Origin: Bacteroidaceae bacterium
Lineage (GTDB): Bacteria; Bacteroidota; Bacteroidia; Bacteroidales; Bacteroidaceae
Length of the DNA: 64,000 nucleotides
Direction of reading: 5' to 3'
Assembly: GCA_017631315.1 (NCBI GenBank)
Contig: JAGBTN010000018.1
Coordinates: 95,941-159,940 of the forward strand
Shown here: positions 46,257-53,646 of the stretch, one piece after another
Layout: every line of letters begins with the position of its first letter
Numbering within the stretch: the stretch's first letter is position 1
Position numbers and translations under genes: made by a program
The notes under the pieces: model-generated
What the model was told of the DNA's origin: nothing
Databases searched by the model: none
What the model saw: only the letters and a program-made list of their open reading frames with translations

Positions 46257-47684
46257 GTGAAGCGACTTCCTCCTCTTTGGCTCTCATGTGTGCCACTGGC
46301 ATTGCTGGTGGCACTCATTGCTTGTGTAGTCAGCATCTTTGGAGATGAGACGTTGGCTGGTGCTTCGCAACTGGCATTGCTGGTTGCAACAGCATCCTGC
46401 GTAAGCATAGGTATTGTAACGAACCTTATTTCATGGAATGATTTCGAACGAGCAGTAAGCGATAAGGTCGGAGGAGTCAGTTCTGCGATTATTATCTTAC
46501 TGCTTATTGGCGCACTTGGCGGAGCATGGATGGTGAGTGGGGTAGTGCCTACTATTATATATTATGGTATGGAGATAATGAGCCCGAAGTGGTTCCTTGT
46601 TTCTGCTTGCCTCATCTGTTCGCTTGTCAGTGTGCTGACTGGTTCCTCTTGGACAACGATTGCAACCATTGGCGTTGCATTGATGGGAATCGGTAAGGCA
46701 TTAGGTTTTTCGGAAGCTTGGATTGCAGGAGCCGTCATCAGCGGCGCTTATTTCGGTGATAAAATGTCGCCAATGAGCGATACAACTGTTCTTGCTTCCA
46801 GCACTGTCGGCACACCTTTGTTTACGCATATCCGTTATATGCTGTATACTACGGTGCCGACATATTTCATAACATTGACAATCTTTACTGTCGTAGGGCT
46901 TGGACAAGGCGAGATGGTTACTTCTCATGTTGCAACAGTTCAGCATGGTTTGCAGCAAATATTCATTATCTCTCCTTGGCTTATTCTCGTTCCAGTGTTG
47001 ACATTTGTGCTTATCCTGATGCGTTTGCCCTCAATGGTTGTGCTTTTCCTTGCGACGCTTTTAGGTGTTGTGGCTGCAGTCTGGTGCCAGACGCACTTGC
47101 TTGACCAGGTGGCAGGAATAACCCATGAAGGCATTGCCCAGCGTATCCGTGGTGCTTTTATCATTGTTTATGGTAGCACCGACCTTGATACAGGTATACC
47201 AGAACTCAACGACCTTGTTGCCACAAAGGGAATGGCGGGGATGTTAAATACCATTTGGATTATTCTTTGTGCGATGGCTTTTGGGGCTGCGATGACGGCA
47301 ACCAGAATGCTCGAAAGCATTATGCAGGCACTGCTTCGACTGGTTCGAGGGACGGTATCCCTTGTTGCGAGCACTGCCTTTTCGGGTATGTTTCTCAATA
47401 TTGTCAGTGCAGACCAATACTTGAGCATCATCTTGACAGCAACAATGTTTGGCGACACTTACAAGAAGAACGGATATGAGTCGTGTTTGCTCAGTCGTAC
47501 TTGCGAGGATAGTGCAACGGTTACGTCTGTGCTTATTCCTTGGAATACTTGCGGTATGACGCAGGCGAGTGTGCTTGGCGTCAGCACATTGGTTTATGCG
47601 CCTTACTGCTTTTTCTGTTACTTAAGTCCCATAGTAACCATTTTAGTAGCGGCATTTTTGCCAAAGAAGAACTTTTCCGAATGA
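46257..47684 (+). CDS. nhaC: Na+/H+ antiporter NhaC family protein
   Basis: I propose a GTG start at 46257 (VKRLPPLWLS...), 1 nt after the POT stop. The ORF-track ATG at 46203 would overlap POT by 53 nt. The protein is polytopic and NhaC-like throughout. Confidence 0.75.
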   Translation: MKRLPPLWLSCVPLALLVALIACVVSIFGDETLAGASQLALLVATASCVSIGIVTNLISWNDFERAVSDKVGGVSSAIIILLLIGALGGAWMVSGVVPTIIYYGMEIMSPKWFLVSACLICSLVSVLTGSSWTTIATIGVALMGIGKALGFSEAWIAGAVISGAYFGDKMSPMSDTTVLASSTVGTPLFTHIRYMLYTTVPTYFITLTIFTVVGLGQGEMVTSHVATVQHGLQQIFIISPWLILVPVLTFVLILMRLPSMVVLFLATLLGVVAAVWCQTHLLDQVAGITHEGIAQRIRGAFIIVYGSTDLDTGIPELNDLVATKGMAGMLNTIWIILCAMAFGAAMTATRMLESIMQALLRLVRGTVSLVASTAFSGMFLNIVSADQYLSIILTATMFGDTYKKNGYESCLLSRTCEDSATVTSVLIPWNTCGMTQASVLGVSTLVYAPYCFFCYLSPIVTILVAAFLPKKNFSE

Positions 47685-49348
47685 TGAAACGTAGTTTGTG
47701 TGTCATTGCGACATTCATTGCTTTGTGCTTTGCGCAAGCAGCAGAGTTGAGTTTGAAAGTTAGGTGCAGGTATTTGAACTTGCCAGTGTCGCATGAGGTT
47801 GAACGTTCTCGGCTTACATTTAGGGCAAAGGGCGTGGACGACCTTAATGTGGTTGCCCGTCTTTCTGCCAATCCGGAGTATTGGGTGTTCAAGGACATCT
47901 CTGCCTATAGGGGCAAGACTCTGACCATTACCTTTGACGGACCGGAGGATGCGCTCATGCAGGTTTATCAGTCAGATTCTATTCGTGATGCGGCTTCGAT
48001 ATATCGCGAAAGGAATCGTCCTCAGTTTCATTTCACAACTCGACGTGGCTGGATAAACGACCCCAATGGCTGTATATGGCACGATGGGCAGTATCATCTT
48101 TATTATCAGCATAACCCTTTCGAGCGCGAATGGGAGAATATGACATGGGGCCATGCCACAAGTCCGGATCTTTTGCACTGGACGGAGCAACCTCCGGTGC
48201 TGTTCCCCGACACTCTCGGCACGATGTTTAGTGGCTCGGCCGTTTTCGATAAGGACAATACTTCTGGCTTCGGAACGAAGAAGAATCCGCCTCTTGTCTA
48301 TGCTTATACTGCCGACCGAAGTGAGAAGGAGGTGCAATGCATTGCTTATAGCCTCGATGGCGGTATGACACTGCATAAGTACAAGGGTAATCCGGTTATT
48401 GATTCGCACGACAAATGGCAGACTCGTGACACGAGAGATCCGCGTGTTTTCTGGTATGAACCAGGAGGTCATTGGGTTCTCGTCCTGAACGAACGGAACG
48501 GACACAGCATCTATACGTCTGCCAACCTGAAGGAATGGACATATCAAAGCCATGTTAATGGTTTCTGGGAATGTCCCGACTTGTTCCCTTTGCCCGTTGA
48601 CGGCAATGCGGATGATGTTCGGTGGGTGATGTATGGTGCAAGCAATACGTATATGATAGGCCGTTTCGACGGGAAGGTCTTTACGCCAGAGAGTGGAAAA
48701 CACCGTTTCTCTACAGGTGCCATATATGCTGCTCAGACATTCAATGATGTGCCGGACGGGCGAAGAATACAGATTGGGTGGGCGAACATCGATCATCGTG
48801 GAATGCCTTTCCGAGGGCAGATGTTGCTGCCGACGGAGTTGACTTTGCGTTCCACGAAAGATGGTGTCCGTCTCGTAAGCAAGCCTATCAAGGAGGTTGA
48901 AACGCTTTTGAGCCCGCTCTATAACAGCGAAAGTGGCCTGAAGAAGCAGGAGGCCAATGTCGCTCTGAACAAGGCACTCCCCCAAAGGGGGAGCGGGGAG
49001 GGGGCTAACTGCTTGCATCTCCGCGCTACACTGAACCTCACATATGCCACAAGTGCAGGGCTGAAGTTCGATGGGCAGACGCTTGTCGACTACGACCTCA
49101 ACAGGAATACGTTGAATGGTCAGTTCTATTCTCCTCAGGACCCTACAAGCCTTTCGCTCACAATGGATATTTATATCGACCGCACCTCAATAGAGGTTTT
49201 CATCGACGATGGTTTGTACAGTTATTCCATGGAGCGCAGGAGGGCAATAGGAGCAGCCCAGAAGACAATACCCAAAGGCTTTGAATTCTGGGGCTCGGAC
49301 ATTAGTGTTAGCGACATCCGGCTCGATGCCGTCGAGAGTTGCTGGTAG
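47681..49348 (+). CDS. glycoside hydrolase family 32 (beta-fructosidase / levanase-like), secreted
   Basis: I take the start at MMKRSLCVIATFIALCFAQA, which overlaps the nhaC stop (ATGA). GH32 motifs are WINDPNG, the RDP region (TRDTRDPRVFW) and ECPDLF. It carries a GC-rich in-frame element at 48978-49006. Confidence 0.85.
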   Translation: MMKRSLCVIATFIALCFAQAAELSLKVRCRYLNLPVSHEVERSRLTFRAKGVDDLNVVARLSANPEYWVFKDISAYRGKTLTITFDGPEDALMQVYQSDSIRDAASIYRERNRPQFHFTTRRGWINDPNGCIWHDGQYHLYYQHNPFEREWENMTWGHATSPDLLHWTEQPPVLFPDTLGTMFSGSAVFDKDNTSGFGTKKNPPLVYAYTADRSEKEVQCIAYSLDGGMTLHKYKGNPVIDSHDKWQTRDTRDPRVFWYEPGGHWVLVLNERNGHSIYTSANLKEWTYQSHVNGFWECPDLFPLPVDGNADDVRWVMYGASNTYMIGRFDGKVFTPESGKHRFSTGAIYAAQTFNDVPDGRRIQIGWANIDHRGMPFRGQMLLPTELTLRSTKDGVRLVSKPIKEVETLLSPLYNSESGLKKQEANVALNKALPQRGSGEGANCLHLRATLNLTYATSAGLKFDGQTLVDYDLNRNTLNGQFYSPQDPTSLSLTMDIYIDRTSIEVFIDDGLYSYSMERRRAIGAAQKTIPKGFEFWGSDISVSDIRLDAVESCW

Positions 49349-49372
49349 GCGCGGCCAGCAGAAGGTGTTCTT

Positions 49373-50011
49373 CTACTTGCGGCCGCGAGAGAGTACGTAG
49401 CCCGTGGCACTCGTGCTGTCCTGTGATTCTTCGCCGTTGCTGCGGCTATAGGGAGCGTAGTACGGATAGTTGTCGTACCAATAGTCTCTTGAATCATAGC
49501 CGTAGATGTTGACATACGGTGTCCAGTTGTAATAATCGGCAATTTTACACAGGCGGAACGATGTGCCGGAGGATGCAAACGTGCCGGAGAAATAGTCGTT
49601 GGTCATGCGATAGTTGCTGATGCGCGTATCGAGTTCGTGGTCGTAATCGTAGGTGAGATAGATGTTTCCGTTGTTTACGGACCAGCTGAACTTGTAGTAT
49701 TGATACTCGTATGGGCCGTATTCGTAGTAGTCAACCTGCGTTCCTCTGCCGTGTAGGGCATGGGCATAGGCAGGAATGAACGTGAGGCGTGTGTCGTAGG
49801 AGTCGAAGGTGTAGTGCCTGCCCCTGCCGTCTACATAGGTGTAATACATGCCGAAGTCTCCTCTCCATTCACCCGACAGAGCCATTGACTGGTTGGTATC
49901 TTCGATGTCGACGCAGGAAGTAAATGCAAATGCAGACATCATAAGTATGATAGCAATAAGGAAATAATGCCCCTTGAATTTGCCTTCCGTGTGTAACATT
50001 GCGTGTTTCAT
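49373..50011 (-). CDS. tyrosine-rich lipoprotein (hypothetical)
   Basis: 212 aa with lipobox AFAFTSC. I count roughly 30 Tyr. No family recognised. Confidence 0.55.
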   Translation of the reverse strand: MKHAMLHTEGKFKGHYFLIAIILMMSAFAFTSCVDIEDTNQSMALSGEWRGDFGMYYTYVDGRGRHYTFDSYDTRLTFIPAYAHALHGRGTQVDYYEYGPYEYQYYKFSWSVNNGNIYLTYDYDHELDTRISNYRMTNDYFSGTFASSGTSFRLCKIADYYNWTPYVNIYGYDSRDYWYDNYPYYAPYSRSNGEESQDSTSATGYVLSRGRK

Positions 50012-50039
50012 AATTCTATGTTTTAGTGTTTGTCTGCTG

Positions 50040-50047
50040 CAAAGTTA
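50040..50047 (-). promoter_or_regulatory. -7 promoter box (TAACTTTG on minus strand)
   Basis: Plus strand CAAAGTTA, 29 nt upstream of the start at 50011. Confidence 0.6.
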
Positions 50048-50112
50048 CGATATGTTCGTTGCTTGTCGGTGGGGGATTTTCGAATTACTGCGGGGGAAAT
50101 CCCTATTCTTGT

Positions 50113-50283
50113 TTATTTAGGCAGGCGGTAGCGTGTTTGTGCGCCTTTCCCTTCGCGAACGAGGCGTCCTTCTTCCACGAGACGGCCGAGGAGCCTTACA
50201 ATGCGATAGTGTGTCAGTGTCTGTTCGAAGGCGATGGCAATGTCTTTGTGTGATGGTGTTTTGCCGGGAACAGCCCGTTGAGG
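50113..50283 (-). pseudogene. C-terminal remnant of a winged-helix DNA-binding protein
   Basis: My hand translation gives PQRAVPGKTPSHKDIAIAFEQTLTHYRIVRLLGRLVEEGRLVREGKGAQTRYRLPK followed by a stop. There is no Met, and an in-frame stop lies immediately upstream. ...LV..G.L...GKG..T.Y.L is a typical wHTH C-terminus. Confidence 0.35.
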
Positions 50284-50290
50284 TTACGGC

Positions 50291-50328
50291 GTAAAAAGAA
50301 ACCCCCTTGCCGAAAACGGCAAGGGGGT
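50291..50328 (-). terminator. rho-independent terminator after the discoidin-domain gene
   Basis: ACCCCCTTGCCG (50301-50312) pairs perfectly with CGGCAAGGGGGT (50317-50328), loop AAAA. A T-run follows on the minus strand. Confidence 0.8.
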
Positions 50329-50350
50329 AAGCCGAGAGGAGTTGTTCCCC

Positions 50351-51274
50351 TTATTTGAAGAGTTTAATTTCGCTGAGTTGCAGGCGAGTGCCGGCAGTCA
50401 TCTGAATAAATTCGAAGCGATAGTAGCGGAAAGAACCTGTGCTCTTTGGCTTGAAACGATACTCCTGTTCGTTCTCGTCACGAAGTCTGCGAGTGCTTTT
50501 CTGCTCGTCAAGAACAGTCCAGTTCTGCTTGTCGTTAGAGCCGCTCATGCGCCATGTGATGGGGTTACGGCTGGGATATGTGTGGGTGTCGTCGCCCGTA
50601 TAGAAACGGTACTCGTTGATGGGCGTTGGCTGACCAGCGTCGAGTACAACATTGTAGGGCATCTGGCGGGGCTCGTCGATACACCACTTCGAGAATAAAT
50701 AGCCGTCTGCCACCATGTCTGCGCCTTCTTTTTTGCCTTGGCCGGAACCGCTGACAAAGGTCGTTTTTACGGGCGTCTGCACGGTATTGTACAAGCAGAT
50801 TTCGCTGAGTTGAAGACGTGTTCCGTCGGCCACCTTGATGAATTCAAAGCGGAAGTAACGGAACTTGCTCTTGGCATCGGGCGATGTAGGCTTGAACCTG
50901 TACTCCTGTTGGTCCTCAGCCGGCAGGCTGCGGTTGTTTTTCTGCTCGTCGATGGTAGTCCAGGTCTCCTTGTCATTTGAACCACTCACTCGCCAAGTCA
51001 CAGGGTTACGACTGGGATAAGAACTGGTGTCATCACCCGTCATGAGGCCATACTCGGCAACGTTTGTCTGCAGACCTGCATCGAGAATAATCGTGTATGG
51101 CATCATTCGAGGGAAATCGATGCACCATTTTGTGTTGATCTGACCATCGCATGCCATGGCAGCACCTTCGCTGCCACTGCGACCTGTTCCGCTCACAAAG
51201 GTTGTCTTGATGGCAGGTTGAGCAAACGCGCTGCTGCATGCAAGAACAAGCATAAGAGATAAAAGTTTTTTCAT
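50351..51274 (-). CDS. secreted protein with two tandem F5/8 type C (discoidin/CBM32-like) domains
   Basis: I take the start at MKKLLSLMLVLACSSAFAQ (51274). Two repeats of about 145 aa share VKTTFVSG.G...EGA.M..DG....KWCID.PR.MPY...LDAG......Y...TGDDT..YPSRNP.TWR.SGSNDK..WT..DEQ. Confidence 0.7.
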   Translation of the reverse strand: MKKLLSLMLVLACSSAFAQPAIKTTFVSGTGRSGSEGAAMACDGQINTKWCIDFPRMMPYTIILDAGLQTNVAEYGLMTGDDTSSYPSRNPVTWRVSGSNDKETWTTIDEQKNNRSLPAEDQQEYRFKPTSPDAKSKFRYFRFEFIKVADGTRLQLSEICLYNTVQTPVKTTFVSGSGQGKKEGADMVADGYLFSKWCIDEPRQMPYNVVLDAGQPTPINEYRFYTGDDTHTYPSRNPITWRMSGSNDKQNWTVLDEQKSTRRLRDENEQEYRFKPKSTGSFRYYRFEFIQMTAGTRLQLSEIKLFK

Positions 51275-51304
51275 GTAGATATGTATTAATTTAATTTCGT
51301 AGTG

Positions 51305-51312
51305 CAAAATTA
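51305..51312 (-). promoter_or_regulatory. -7 promoter box (TAATTTTG on minus strand)
   Basis: Plus strand CAAAATTA, 31 nt upstream of the start at 51274. Confidence 0.55.
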
Positions 51313-51365
51313 GCAAAACTTTTGAATTATCCACCGCCCAGCGCTGTAAATTCGTTATAAATTCA

Positions 51366-51373
51366 TAACTTTG
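51366..51373 (+). promoter_or_regulatory. -7 promoter box TAACTTTG for the GH92 gene
   Basis: Matches TAnnTTTG, 25 nt upstream of the ATG at 51398. Confidence 0.6.
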
Positions 51374-51397
51374 CACCGAATAAACTAAAAATTAACT

Positions 51398-53641
51398 ATG
51401 AAAATTAACCTTAAAAGCCTTGCCATGGCATTTTTGATGGCACCAATTGCAGCATTTGCAGAGACTGAGCCCGTGGATTATGTCAATCCTTATATCGGCA
51501 GTATCAGTCATTTGCTTGTACCTTGTTTCCCAACCATTCAGCTGCCGAACAGCTTGATGCGTATTTATCCGTCACGAAACGATTATACAACAGAATATAT
51601 CGACGGCCTGCCAATCGTTGTGACCAACCATCGCGAACGTAGCGCCTTTCGCCTGAGTGTAACTCAAGGCGAAGAGCTAAGCCCCATCATCACTACGACC
51701 TGGGATAACGAAAAGGTTACTCCCTACGATTATCAAGTGCAGATTGTAGATAACTCCATCGATGTTCACCTTGCAGTCTGCCATCAGAGTGCTATCTACG
51801 AACTAACCTTCCGCGACCCCTCAAAGCCAGCGACTGTACTTTTCTATACTCAAAATGGCAAAATGCAGGTCGACGGCAGAACAGCATCCGGCAGTCAGCG
51901 TCTGAGCAGAAACATGAGTATCTATCTGTCGGGCGAGTTCGATGTAGAACCGGAAAAGGTAGGTCTGCTTTACGACGGTAAGATTTCCGACAAGAAGATT
52001 ACCGAAGAACCCCGTGCTTGTGCAGCCCTTCGCTTCCCCGCCGGCACAAAGAAAGTATGCTTCCGCTACGGTGTTTCTCTCATCAGTCAGGAACAGGCAC
52101 AGAAGAACCTTAACAGAGAGCAGGCCGACGCATTCGATATTGCCAAAGTCATCAAGGACGGACGCAAGGAATGGAACGAAACACTGAGTACAATCCTTGT
52201 CAAAGGCGGAACAGAAGACCAAAAGGCAGTCCTCTATACATCCTATTACAGAACCTTCGAACGCCCAGTTTGCTTGAGCGAAGACGGACGCTATTTCTCC
52301 GCATTCGATGGTAAAGTACATGACGACGAAGGTAAACCCTTCTATTCCGACGACTGGATTTGGGACACCTACCGTGCCGCACATCCCCTCCGCGCACTCA
52401 TTCAGCCCGAAAAGGAAGAAGATATTATCGAAAGTTATCTGCGTATGGCAGAGCAGATGGGCACGAAATGGATGCCTACTTTCCCTGAAATGACAGGTGA
52501 TACACGACGCATGAACAGCAATCACGGTGTTGCAATGGTGGCCGATGCTCTGTGGAAAGGCCTTGACGTAGATGCAGAAAGAGGTTTCGACTATTGTCGT
52601 CGTGGCATAGAAGAGAAGACATTGGCACCTTGGTGCGGCAACCCTGCCGGATGGCTCGACAATTTCTACAAGGAGCACGGCTATATTCCTGCTCTTGCAA
52701 AAGGCGAGAAAGAGACTGATCCCAACGTGCAAGGTTTTGAAAACCGACAGCCCGTAGCAGTCACGTTAGGTACAAGCTACGACGAATGGTGCTTGTCGCG
52801 CATAGCAGAATTTATGGGTAATAAGGATATTGCAGACAAGTATCTTGCGCTGAGTTACAATTATCGTAATGTCTGGAATGCCGATACACGATTCTTCCAT
52901 CCTAAAGATAAAGACGGAAACTTCATTCCCAATTTTGATTATCGCTTCAGTGGCGGTCTCGGAGCTCGCGAGGCTTATGACGAAAACAATGGTTGGACTT
53001 ACCGTTGGGATGTTCAGCACAACCTTTCAGACCTTGCCAAATTGATGGGAGGCAGAGAGGCAATGGCTCAAGAACTTGATAGAACTTTTGCCGAACCAAT
53101 GGGGCAAAGCAAATGGCAATTCTATGGCCAATTGCCCGATCAAACAGGTAATATCGGTCAGTTCTCTATGGCAAATGAACCTTCGCTCCATATACCTTAT
53201 ATATATAACTATGCCGGTGCACCCTGGAAGACACAGAAACGTATTCGCCAGTGTCTTGATACATGGTTCCGTAATGATGTGATGGGCGTTCCTGGAGACG
53301 AAGATGGTGGTGGTTTGACCTCGTTTGTTGTGTTCTCTTCACTTGGTTTCTATCCTGTTACTCCAGGTTTCCCTGCATATAATATCGGCTCTCCTCTGTT
53401 TACAGACATTCGTGTAAAACTGCCAACAGGCAAGGAATTGCGTATTATAGCCAAAGGAAGTAGCCGTGAAAACAAGTATATTCAGAGTGCAACACTCAAT
53501 GGAAAGACTTGGGACAAACCATGGTTCAGTCATGATGACATAAAGAATGGCGCCACCCTCGTGCTTGAGATGGGCAGTCAGCCCAACAAGGTTTGGGGTA
53601 GCGCCGAAAGTGCAACGCCTCCTTCTGCTCCAGTGAAGTAG
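51398..53641 (+). CDS. glycoside hydrolase family 92 (alpha-mannosidase-like)
   Basis: 747 aa with a signal peptide. The C-terminal half MANEPSLHIPYIYNYAGAPWKTQKRIRQ...GVPGDEDGGGLTSFVVFSSLGFYPVTPG...YIQSATLNGK matches GH92 as I recall it. The N-terminal region is more divergent. Confidence 0.75.
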   Translation: MKINLKSLAMAFLMAPIAAFAETEPVDYVNPYIGSISHLLVPCFPTIQLPNSLMRIYPSRNDYTTEYIDGLPIVVTNHRERSAFRLSVTQGEELSPIITTTWDNEKVTPYDYQVQIVDNSIDVHLAVCHQSAIYELTFRDPSKPATVLFYTQNGKMQVDGRTASGSQRLSRNMSIYLSGEFDVEPEKVGLLYDGKISDKKITEEPRACAALRFPAGTKKVCFRYGVSLISQEQAQKNLNREQADAFDIAKVIKDGRKEWNETLSTILVKGGTEDQKAVLYTSYYRTFERPVCLSEDGRYFSAFDGKVHDDEGKPFYSDDWIWDTYRAAHPLRALIQPEKEEDIIESYLRMAEQMGTKWMPTFPEMTGDTRRMNSNHGVAMVADALWKGLDVDAERGFDYCRRGIEEKTLAPWCGNPAGWLDNFYKEHGYIPALAKGEKETDPNVQGFENRQPVAVTLGTSYDEWCLSRIAEFMGNKDIADKYLALSYNYRNVWNADTRFFHPKDKDGNFIPNFDYRFSGGLGAREAYDENNGWTYRWDVQHNLSDLAKLMGGREAMAQELDRTFAEPMGQSKWQFYGQLPDQTGNIGQFSMANEPSLHIPYIYNYAGAPWKTQKRIRQCLDTWFRNDVMGVPGDEDGGGLTSFVVFSSLGFYPVTPGFPAYNIGSPLFTDIRVKLPTGKELRIIAKGSSRENKYIQSATLNGKTWDKPWFSHDDIKNGATLVLEMGSQPNKVWGSAESATPPSAPVK

Positions 53642-53646
53642 GAGGG

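Noticed and set aside
47972-49018. 348-aa minus-strand ORF, and similarly 51821-52732 (303 aa)
   Set aside because: They are antisense to the GH32 and GH92 genes, both of which have clear family motifs.
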